Positions 1-7,284 of a DNA stretch of 14,079 nucleotides are shown here, one piece after another. The notes under the pieces are model-generated. The model was not told the DNA's origin and searched no databases. It was given only the letters and a program-made list of their open reading frames with translations. The position numbers were made by a program, and so were the translations under genes. The stretch covers positions 1-14,079 of the forward strand of contig DAIDHG010000022.1 in assembly GCA_027452085.1 (NCBI GenBank), in the 5' to 3' direction. The stretch is from a bacterium. GTDB taxonomy: Bacteria; Babelota; Babeliae; Babelales; JABCYS01. The number at the start of each line of letters is the position of its first letter. Position 1 is the first letter of the stretch.

Positions 1-35
1 CTAGAAAGTAGAGCTCCTTGCTTTAAAATGCAAGC

Positions 36-92
36 CTAGACGGATCTTTCATTCATTTGCGGAAGTCCTGATCTACGCAATAAGCTTTGCAT
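36..92 (-). CDS. Putative 18-aa small ORF/leader peptide (MQSLLRRSGLPQMNERSV)
   Basis: Minus strand reads GGAGGT-8 nt-ATG (SD 101-106, ATG 92-90) and ends at TAG 38-36. Support is the strong SD only. Confidence 0.3.
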   Translation of the reverse strand: MQSLLRRSGLPQMNERSV

Positions 93-240
93 GATATATA
101 ACCTCCATCGGTATTAATCGATAGAACTACCTTAAGGCGAATTAACGCTAGGCGCAAAAGCCGTGAGCCATTTTTGAGCTCTTTTTGCTACGTATTGTCG
201 AGTGTGCGGGGCGAGGGATGTAGATGATTCATTCAAATGG

Positions 241-266
241 AATAGAAAAGGGCTGTAACGAACCCT
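241..266 (-). terminator. Possible intrinsic terminator of the tRNA operon
   Basis: Minus strand AGGGTT-CGTTAC-AGCCCT followed by TTTCTATT, about 80 nt downstream of tRNA-Asp. Short stem with one G-U pair. Confidence 0.3.
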
Positions 267-344
267 GGAAATGAAAAATAGGAATCTAAGAGGATCTTTA
301 AGAAATCTGATGTTTACGGATATATGACGCTGATTGTGATTAAA

Positions 345-421
345 TGGCGGGGCTGGCGAGACTCGAACTCGTGACCTTTCGCGTGACAGGCGAACGCTCT
401 AACCAACTGAGCTACAGCCCC
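345..421 (-). tRNA. tRNA-Asp (GTC)
   Basis: Reverse complement GGGGCTGTAGCTCAGTTGGTTAGAGCG-TTCGC-CTGTCAC-GCGAA-AGGTCACGAGTTCGAGTCTCGCCAGCCCCGCCA: cloverleaf, GTTCGA T-loop, encoded CCA, 77 nt. Confidence 0.97.
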
Positions 422-425
422 CCAT

Positions 426-500
426 TGGCTCCTCGGGCAGGGATCGAACCTGCGACCTAACGATTAACAGTCGTTTGCTCTGCCGCTGAGCTACCGAGGA
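426..500 (-). tRNA. tRNA-Asn (GTT)
   Basis: Reverse complement TCCTCGGTAGCTCAGCGGCAGAGCA-AACGA-CTGTTAA-TCGTT-AGGTCGCAGGTTCGATCCCTGCCCGAGGAGCCA, 75 nt with CCA. Confidence 0.97.
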
Positions 501-516
501 ATGATATCAAAAAAAA

Positions 517-591
517 TGGTGGGCGATGCAGGTTTCGAACCTACGACCCTCAGTTTGTAAGACTGATGCTCTACCGCTGAGCTAATCGCCC
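517..591 (-). tRNA. tRNA-Val (TAC)
   Basis: Reverse complement GGGCGATTAGCTCAGCGGTAGAGCA-TCAGT-CTTACAA-ACTGA-GGGTCGTAGGTTCGAAACCTGCATCGCCCACCA, 75 nt with CCA. Confidence 0.97.
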
Positions 592-623
592 ATCTATGAA
601 ATATTCATCAAAAAGTGGCGTAA

Positions 624-652
624 AAGGTACTCAAAACACAACGTAAAGTCAA
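624..652 (-). promoter_or_regulatory. Sigma70-type promoter of the tRNA operon
   Basis: Minus strand TTGACT (652-647), 17 nt, TACCTT (629-624), about 30 nt upstream of tRNA-Val. Confidence 0.65.
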
Positions 653-657
653 AGGCG

Positions 658-687
658 TTGATTTTAGGCTCTATATTTTTATAAAAT
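658..687 (+). promoter_or_regulatory. Possible divergent sigma70 promoter for ORF 721
   Basis: TTGATT (658-663), 18 nt, TAAAAT (682-687). The context is AT-rich, so a chance match is possible. Confidence 0.4.
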
Positions 688-720
688 CATAGTATCAATT
701 TAAAGAAAAGGAGCTTTCAT

Positions 721-1302
721 ATGAACTATTTATTTATTATGTGCTGCGCATTTTTTGCATTCGGATCGCAAAAATTGTCCGCCCAGACGTTGGGTACCAT
801 TGCTGAAAAAGCAGCGCAGGAAGCCCGCGAGGCGGCAGAAGAAGCAGAGGCACGCACAAGGGTTAACATTCCTGCAACAGGCAGGGAGGCGCTTGTAGGT
901 GATAATACACAATCGCTTTTATCTGAACTGCAAGCTGGTCGCACGGGCAAAGGAGGTTCAAAGATCCCGCCGCCACCGGTGCCTGCAGAGCCGGTAAGCG
1001 GCAGAGAGTCGGTATTAGCTGGCACGAGAGAAGAAGCGGGCGTTTCTCGGCAGCCTCAAAATAAACCAGCCACTTTTGAGGAAAAAAAGCGCCAGATCTT
1101 AGAGCAAGCTGACAGAGAAAAAGCGGCGCGAATGGAAAAACATCGGGCAACTCAAAACCGGTTGATAGAACATGAATCGCAAAAAAGTATGCCGGCAATG
1201 AATCGTGCACGCTCTGGCACGATATCTGAACCTGGTCGGGCGCGATCTGGGGCCGTTGTAACTGAAAATCGGCCGAGATCCCAATCGATTATCAAGAGGT
1301 AG
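721..1302 (+). CDS. Hypothetical secreted low-complexity protein (signal peptide, coiled coils, polyproline, C-terminal 11-aa repeats)
   Basis: AGGAG SD at 709-713. Hydrophobic N-terminus ending KLSA/Q, A/E-rich helices, KIPPPPVPAEP. No recognisable catalytic family. Confidence 0.8.
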   Translation: MNYLFIMCCAFFAFGSQKLSAQTLGTIAEKAAQEAREAAEEAEARTRVNIPATGREALVGDNTQSLLSELQAGRTGKGGSKIPPPPVPAEPVSGRESVLAGTREEAGVSRQPQNKPATFEEKKRQILEQADREKAARMEKHRATQNRLIEHESQKSMPAMNRARSGTISEPGRARSGAVVTENRPRSQSIIKR

Positions 1303-1316
1303 AAATGGCCTACCAT

Positions 1317-1345
1317 TTGTCAAAAGTAGGTATTTATACGATACT
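1317..1345 (+). promoter_or_regulatory. Sigma70-type promoter upstream of rpmE
   Basis: TTGTCA (1317-1322), 17 nt, GATACT (1340-1345). Implies a leader of about 135 nt. Confidence 0.5.
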
Positions 1346-1369
1346 CTAGCTCCGTTTAAAATAAACGTA

Positions 1370-1481
1370 ATGGCTTATGCCAGTGAGACTTGGTTGAACG
1401 AACCGGCTTGCAGCTGGGGCCATTCTTTAAACAACGAACGAAACCGCTCGTTTTACGAGCGTCCGTTCCAACAGCAGAGGT
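1370..1481 (+). ncRNA. Candidate structured 5' leader of rpmE
   Basis: Hairpin 1: TGGC...TTGGTT-GAACG-AACCGG...GCCA (about 1371-1422). Hairpin 2: GAACG...GCTCGT-TTT-ACGAGC...CGTTC (1436-1468), just upstream of the GAGGT SD. Confidence 0.4.
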
Positions 1482-1485
1482 ATCC

Positions 1486-1743
1486 ATGAAACAAAATTTA
1501 CATCCTGAAGTTCATGAAGTTACTGCCCAGTGCGCGTGTGGTAATTCATTCCCAACGATTTCTACCGCAAACGACCTTCGAGCAACCATTTGCTCAAAAT
1601 GCCACCCGTTCTTTACTGGTGCGCAGAAGTTTGTAGACGTAGCAGGTCGTATTGAAAAGTTCGAAGCTCGCTATAAAAAGTTCCAACAAGGTGCAGCTAC
1701 ACCTGCAGCCAAGAAGGAAGCAAAGCCGGCTAAGAAGAAATAA
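1486..1743 (+). CDS. rpmE: 50S ribosomal protein L31 (type A, zinc-binding C+ form)
   Basis: MKQNLHPE...CACGN...[23 protein letters not shown] is the L31 signature. GAGGT SD precedes ATG 1486, so the ORF-track start at 1390 is over-extended. 85 aa with an Ala/Lys/Pro tail. Confidence 0.97.
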   Translation: MKQNLHPEVHEVTAQCACGNSFPTISTANDLRATICSKCHPFFTGAQKFVDVAGRIEKFEARYKKFQQGAATPAAKKEAKPAKKK

Positions 1744-1760
1744 CCGATATATGCTTAATT

Positions 1761-1801
1761 CACCTGGTGTGGGGGATAACCCTCACCAGGTGTTTTTATT
1801 T
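1761..1801 (+). terminator. Intrinsic terminator after rpmE
   Basis: CACCTGGTG-TGGG-ggataa-CCCT-CACCAGGTG followed by TTTTTATTT. Confidence 0.9.
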
Positions 1802-1922
1802 CACCCCTTATTTTGATCCTCTTGTATAATCGCAAGAGAAAATCCATAGCATGTTCCGCTGCCCATCACTTGTTACGTCGCAAAATAAAAGGGGCGGGGC
1901 AGAGAGTTAGAAATAGATACGT

Positions 1923-2990
1923 ATGATAAATTGGTCTGAGATTGATAGCAGATATCAAGCAATATCCGAGCAGCTGCTTTCACCCACACTTGATGTGAAA
2001 GAACGCGCTACTCTGCAAAAGGAGCACGCCCGGCTGGGCAACCTGTTGCAGCAAAACGCCTCAATCGAGCGATTGCAGGCAGAGCTGCACAGCGCTCAAG
2101 AGCAGCTTGGCCAAACGGCAGATGATGAGCTCAAACAACTCTATCTTGATGAGATTCATCAGCTTGAGGGCGACATTAAGCGCCAGACCATTGAACTTGA
2201 GACGCTTATCTATCCTCAAGATCCACTCAACGACCGATCAGTATTTTTAGAAATTCGCGCTGGCACCGGCGGCCAAGAGGCAGCTCTTTTTGCGGGTGAT
2301 TTGGCCCGCATGTACACCAATTTCGGGCTTAAAAAGCATTGGAAAGTTAGTATCATCAGCGCCAGCCAGACCGATCTGAAAGGGTTTCGCGAAGTTGTTC
2401 TGCATATTGAAGGCAAAGATGTGTTCGGTCATTTAAAATTTGAATCTGGCGTGCATCGCGTGCAGCGAGTGCCGGCTACCGAAACTCAAGGCCGCGTGCA
2501 TACTTCAACAGCAACCGTGGCTGTATTGCCTGAAGCAGAAGCAGTTGAAGTTTCGATTGATCCTAAAGATTTGCGTATCGATACCTATCGCGCTGGTGGC
2601 GCCGGCGGCCAACACGTAAATAAAACCGACTCGGCCGTACGTATTACTCATATTCCCACCGGCGTTGCCGTGGCCTGCCAAGACGAGCGTTCGCAGCACA
2701 AAAATAAAGATAAAGCATTTAAAATGCTTATTTCCCGCCTGCGCCAAGCTGATCAGGAAAAGCGTGAGCAGGAAGAGCGCAAAACACGTAGCGAACTTAT
2801 TGGCACCGGCGCTCGATCAGAGAAGGTGCGTACCTACAATTTCCCGCAAAATCGCGTTACCGATCACATGGCTGATGTTACCCTCAAATCACTCGACCTG
2901 TTTATGGAAGGGGATATTGATGATGTAGTTGAAGCATTGCGAGCCAAGGAGCGTGAAGAGCGCCGCAAGCAACAAGCAAGCTCACTCTAA
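1923..2990 (+). CDS. prfA: Peptide chain release factor 1
   Basis: EIRAGTGGQEAALFA, ESGVHRVQRVPATE (PxT motif of RF1), GAGGQHVNKTDSAVRITH (GGQ motif), RTYNFPQNRVTDH. Confidence 0.98.
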   Translation: MINWSEIDSRYQAISEQLLSPTLDVKERATLQKEHARLGNLLQQNASIERLQAELHSAQEQLGQTADDELKQLYLDEIHQLEGDIKRQTIELETLIYPQDPLNDRSVFLEIRAGTGGQEAALFAGDLARMYTNFGLKKHWKVSIISASQTDLKGFREVVLHIEGKDVFGHLKFESGVHRVQRVPATETQGRVHTSTATVAVLPEAEAVEVSIDPKDLRIDTYRAGGAGGQHVNKTDSAVRITHIPTGVAVACQDERSQHKNKDKAFKMLISRLRQADQEKREQEERKTRSELIGTGARSEKVRTYNFPQNRVTDHMADVTLKSLDLFMEGDIDDVVEALRAKEREERRKQQASSL

Positions 2991-3018
2991 TTTTCTTTTT
3001 TTCATTTCTGTATAGTGC

Positions 3019-3047
3019 TTGAACCCCAAATCTTTTGGTTGGTTCAA
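3019..3047. terminator. Hairpin between convergent prfA and glycosyltransferase (possible terminator or part of a structured RNA)
   Basis: TTGAACC-CCAAA-tct-TTTGG-tt-GGTTCAA. No good U-tract on either side. Confidence 0.35.
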
Positions 3048-3121
3048 AAGCTGGATAATGGCACCCAGAGTTGCCGCTGGTGACAGATTATTTGATCTCA
3101 GCCGCGCAGAATTGCGCATCT

Positions 3122-4174
3122 CTACAATCCGGATTGCCCAGGCCTTTTATCGTTAGTAAGCCAGGCTATAGTATCATTGTGAATCACGGTGAGCCCAAGC
3201 GCGCGATATTCGAGCACCTTTGTTGGCCGTGATACCCAATTTACTGGGGAGGCAGCGCGGAACACAATGCCGGCGTCTGCAGCTGCTAAGTATTTAAATG
3301 TATCTGCTGCTGAAGTTTTTAATACGCGATAACGCGACTTGTTTGCGCGAAATTGGTCAAATAACTTTTCAAATATTTTAACGTCAGGGCTGAGCACCAG
3401 CGCAAAATGGTTACTATTTTCTTGTAATTTTTTGGAAAGATATTGCACCGTTTCTTCCGGACATTGCCATGCTTTAGCCGAGCCACTATAGCACCACACG
3501 TGTGCATCTTTGGGGATATTCAATTCGGCCCGCACCTGTGCACGCCAGCCATTTCGTTGCTCTTCTGCTACAACCATTGGCTTATCAATTTCTGCAATCG
3601 TAATGCGTGGTCGATCAGCACAAAATTCTTTGCATAGATACTCTCGCATTGCTTCGCTTACTGCTTCAATGATCACGTGTGCTTTACGTGTGCTATACAC
3701 CGTGCGCTCTAAGCACACAAATTGGCGCGCACGAAATGAACTGAGCAGCGATGGTGAGCTGCTGTGTATCATTTTATATTCTTCTGCAACTAATCCGCGT
3801 GCTTGAATAGTAAGTGTGCTGCAATTCTGATTGATTGCATGTAACCCAAGCCATCCCGCAAATGGACCACGTGCAATCATTTCGTAAGAAGGATATTGCT
3901 GTAAAATTTTTCTTAAACGAACAAGAGAAGGGATTAAGCTGATGGTTGAAATAAAGGGCAATCGTGGCAATAAAATAAGTTCGCAATCTAATTCGTGCAG
4001 TTCAGCTGGCACAGTGATGGGCATCGGTCGTTCGAAACTAATCAATACCAATGGTCTGCCTGCCGCTCGTTTTTTGAGCGGCTCGACTACTTGGCTTACA
4101 AAAACAGAATTGTGCACGCCGTCAGCGATGAGCATGATGAGCGGAGATTCTGCTCGCATTGCATTGATAACCAT
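3122..4174 (-). CDS. Glycosyltransferase, GT-B fold, family 4-like
   Basis: EAVSEAMREYL, YSGSAKAWQC, YLAAADAGIVFR and SRPTKVLEYRALGL resemble the PTKxxEY motif of GT4 capsule/LPS glycosyltransferases. Confidence 0.8.
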   Translation of the reverse strand: MVINAMRAESPLIMLIADGVHNSVFVSQVVEPLKKRAAGRPLVLISFERPMPITVPAELHELDCELILLPRLPFISTISLIPSLVRLRKILQQYPSYEMIARGPFAGWLGLHAINQNCSTLTIQARGLVAEEYKMIHSSSPSLLSSFRARQFVCLERTVYSTRKAHVIIEAVSEAMREYLCKEFCADRPRITIAEIDKPMVVAEEQRNGWRAQVRAELNIPKDAHVWCYSGSAKAWQCPEETVQYLSKKLQENSNHFALVLSPDVKIFEKLFDQFRANKSRYRVLKTSAADTFKYLAAADAGIVFRAASPVNWVSRPTKVLEYRALGLTVIHNDTIAWLTNDKRPGQSGL

Positions 4175-4255
4175 AATCGTATGCCCTAGGTCTATGAATT
4201 GATTCCCGTTATACTACCGCCTCATATTTTAAAATCTATAACCTGAAGGTTGATG

Positions 4256-5494
4256 ATGAACATCTTTGACTATTTTCTCGAGTATAATCGTTATATGAAT
4301 CTACTTGGCATTGGGGCCATTTTATTAATTTGTTACGCCGCATCACGAGAAAGAAAGCATATTAATTATCGGCTGATCATCAATGGGTTGGTTCTAGAAT
4401 TTGTATTAGCATTCTTCTTTCTTAAAACAACCTTTGGGCAAAGTTTTTTCACTGCTCTATCAAATGGCATCGGCAAATTATATGAATTTGGTTTAGAAGG
4501 AACCAAGTTTGTATTCGGATCATTGGCCACCTACAATCAATCGGTTGGTTTTGTGTTTGCATTTGGTGTATTGCCGATCATCATCTTCTTCGGTGCATTC
4601 ATGGCGCTGCTCTTTCATCTTGGCATTATCCAATTGATTGTGCGCTGCACCAGCGCGTTGGTGCGCCCACTTTTTAAAACATCGGGCGCCGAAACCTTAT
4701 CAGTGATTGCCAACAGCTTTATGGGGCAAACGGAAGCGCCACTTGTTATTCGCAACTATTTGCCACATATGACAAAATCAGAATTAGTTACCGTGATGGT
4801 TAGTGGCATGGCGCATGTAAGCGGCTCTATTTTAGTGCTCTATGCAGCGATGGGCGTGCCCACGCCACATCTATTGGCTGCAAGCTTCATGGCATTGCCC
4901 GGCACGATTGTGATTGCAAAAATGTTGATGCCAGAAACTGATGAACCAAAAACAGCTGGCAACAAACCAATCGAATTGGAAGCAACGTCGACAAACATGT
5001 TTAGCGCAATTGCACACGGCACAAGCGATGGCTTATCCTTGGCACTGAATGTTGGCGCAATGTTGGTTGCCTTTATTGCATTGATCGCATTTGTAAATGC
5101 ACTGCTTGCCTTCGCTGGCTCGTGGATTGGTATGCCGCACTTGAATTTGAATTTTTTCTTTTCATATCTCTTTGCACCATTTGCCTATTTGCTTGGATTT
5201 ACTGGCTCCGAGGCATTATCGGTTGGTCAATTGCTTGGTACAAAATTAGCAATTAACGAATTTGTGGCATACACCGAGTTGGTAAAAGCAGGATTAAGTG
5301 AGCGCACCGTGGCAGTTGTTACCTATGCGCTCTGTGGCTTTGCAAACTTCTCAAGCATTGGTATTCAAATTGGTGGCATCGGCGCATTAGTGCCATCAAA
5401 GCGTGAATGGCTCAGCTCATTTGCACTTCTTGCACTGCTTGGCGGCTCATTATCAAATTTATTATCTGCTATGGTTGCAGCGTTGTTTATTTAA
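4256..5494 (+). CDS. nupC: Concentrative nucleoside transporter, NupC/CNT family
   Basis: FAFGVLPIIIFF, TSGAETLSVIANSFMGQTEAPL, MVSGMAHVSGS, GTKLAINEFVAY, TYALCGFANFSSIGIQIGG. Start is ATG 4253 or 4256 after GAAGG. Confidence 0.95.
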   Translation: MNIFDYFLEYNRYMNLLGIGAILLICYAASRERKHINYRLIINGLVLEFVLAFFFLKTTFGQSFFTALSNGIGKLYEFGLEGTKFVFGSLATYNQSVGFVFAFGVLPIIIFFGAFMALLFHLGIIQLIVRCTSALVRPLFKTSGAETLSVIANSFMGQTEAPLVIRNYLPHMTKSELVTVMVSGMAHVSGSILVLYAAMGVPTPHLLAASFMALPGTIVIAKMLMPETDEPKTAGNKPIELEATSTNMFSAIAHGTSDGLSLALNVGAMLVAFIALIAFVNALLAFAGSWIGMPHLNLNFFFSYLFAPFAYLLGFTGSEALSVGQLLGTKLAINEFVAYTELVKAGLSERTVAVVTYALCGFANFSSIGIQIGGIGALVPSKREWLSSFALLALLGGSLSNLLSAMVAALFI

Positions 5495-5515
5495 CAGATA
5501 TTTTGTGGGTGCAAA

Positions 5516-6955
5516 ATGAAAAAACTTATCTACATCAGTGCCGCATCTGTTGCGATTTCCATGCAAATGCTGGGCTCATATGATGCGCCTTGTTTGGTGC
5601 GCGATACGCTTGATATGGTACGACTTCAAAATAAAGTTGATGAAGAGATCCTGAAGGTTGAACAGCTCAAAAAGCAGTTGACGGCCCAGCGCATAGATAA
5701 TTCTGAAGCATCAGCCGAGCTGGCCAATACCGTGTGGCGCGCGGAGCTGCAGCGTGATAAAACCATTTACAACACCATTTGCGCGGGTTGGAGTCATGCT
5801 CAGCGTGAACCCAACGCGGGTCATATGGTATATCCCTGGGTGGCAGCATTATTTTTGACTGCTGAGCGCCACGGTGCTGCAATTGCACTATTGCATGATG
5901 GATCAACAACGCTCGGTGAGATATTCAGACACGCAGCAAAATTTCTCGATGCGGGCACAGAGCAGATATATCTGCATAAAGCGATGAGCTTACACATGCT
6001 TGGCAAATACTTCTGTTATTGGAATCACATTGCCGCATGTTATGACCAGCTGGCTGAGCGTGCGCACGATACCGATGCCAAATGCCGATACTTACAACAG
6101 GCAGCAGATGTATGGTATAGAGAATATTCAGAGCATCCCAATCTCTTTGAATTCGATTATGCACGACATGCCGCAAAGGCACAAGAAAAAGTTATTAATG
6201 CAATTCATTTGCGCACATCATCTGATTGCCCAGAGGTTGCTCGCACACGTGCAATACATGAATTTAAGTGCGCAAAATACACGGCCCAAGATCTGTATGC
6301 GCTGGGTTCAGTTAAAGATGATGATGATCTCGATGATGAAGAAGCGCAGCGCTTAACTAGTAAGATCTACCCAATTGCCAGAAAAGTGCGTGAATCTGTT
6401 TGGCAGATGGCTGGCGTTCAAACTATCGCTGAGGCGTGCATGCTGGCAAAAAATGTGACTGAATATTTGCACAGTGCCGGTTTGAATGAAACCGCTCAAG
6501 GCTATTATTTACGCACATATCTTTTTAATCCAAGAAATTTTGCGAGCGACCCACAGCATGAAGTGGCGCGCTGGGCGTTCACCCAATTTATCGGCCACGA
6601 AAAGTTGCTCATGGCCCATACCGGCTTTACCAATGAAGAATGCAGTTTCTTTCTGAAAGATTACGAAAATGTAAAAGGGCTTGATCAGCACTGGGATCGT
6701 TGCATGAAGCTCATAGAGTTGCGATTGCCAACTGGCAGCAACCGAGAAGCATCAATACGATACCCAGACCTTTTGCATCATACGCGCATGAAATCAAAAG
6801 CTACCAGTAAGCGGCGGCAATCGCTTAACGATTTCTTTTTCGGGCCGTTTTCATTCATATGGGCAGAGATGGAGTTAGACAAAATTAAACAAGAAGTGGC
6901 ATTGAGAGAAATGCTTGCGCATGCCGATGAAAAGGCATGCGATGAGATTAACTAG
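5516..6955 (+). CDS. Hypothetical exported, largely alpha-helical protein
   Basis: 479-aa ORF with MKKLIYISAASVAISMQMLG signal-like N-terminus, coiled coil, helical-repeat-like middle and acidic DDDDLDDEE patch. No family recognised. Confidence 0.8.
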   Translation: MKKLIYISAASVAISMQMLGSYDAPCLVRDTLDMVRLQNKVDEEILKVEQLKKQLTAQRIDNSEASAELANTVWRAELQRDKTIYNTICAGWSHAQREPNAGHMVYPWVAALFLTAERHGAAIALLHDGSTTLGEIFRHAAKFLDAGTEQIYLHKAMSLHMLGKYFCYWNHIAACYDQLAERAHDTDAKCRYLQQAADVWYREYSEHPNLFEFDYARHAAKAQEKVINAIHLRTSSDCPEVARTRAIHEFKCAKYTAQDLYALGSVKDDDDLDDEEAQRLTSKIYPIARKVRESVWQMAGVQTIAEACMLAKNVTEYLHSAGLNETAQGYYLRTYLFNPRNFASDPQHEVARWAFTQFIGHEKLLMAHTGFTNEECSFFLKDYENVKGLDQHWDRCMKLIELRLPTGSNREASIRYPDLLHHTRMKSKATSKRRQSLNDFFFGPFSFIWAEMELDKIKQEVALREMLAHADEKACDEIN

Positions 6956-6972
6956 CTAAGAAAGGTGTTTAC

Positions 6973-7284
6973 ATGCTAAGAATAGTTATACTCTGTGCGC
7001 TCTGCGCACCCGCCTTGATTGCGGCCGCGGTGAAAATTCCCAAATCATCATTGCAAGCAGTGCGTAACAGCGTTGCATCAAAATTAAAGGAAGCTGAACA
7101 AAAAAAGGATCAACGCGCTACCAACTCGTTAAAAAAGGAGCTGGTCGCCGTTGATGCGAAGATCAAAAAGTTTGAATTGGAATGGCTGCAGTATCGAAAG
7201 CATCAACTTGAGGCAAAAGAACAGACGCCTGAACTGATCTCACAGATCAACGAAATTGAAACATTGGTCAAGGCGCGCCAATGA
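6973..7284 (+). CDS. Hypothetical small exported coiled-coil protein
   Basis: AAGGT SD, signal peptide MLRIVILCALCAPALIAA, K/E-rich helices. Stop overlaps the next start (ATGA). Confidence 0.8.
   Translation: MLRIVILCALCAPALIAAAVKIPKSSLQAVRNSVASKLKEAEQKKDQRATNSLKKELVAVDAKIKKFELEWLQYRKHQLEAKEQTPELISQINEIETLVKARQ

Noticed and set aside
1390..1485. 32-aa N-terminal extension of L31 in the ORF track
   Set aside because: TTG start without SD. The canonical L31 N-terminus and a GAGGT SD are at ATG 1486.
3050..3125. TPP riboswitch (CTGAGA on minus, CTGGATAATG on plus)
   Set aside because: The motifs lie on opposite strands, and the site is between two convergent gene ends.
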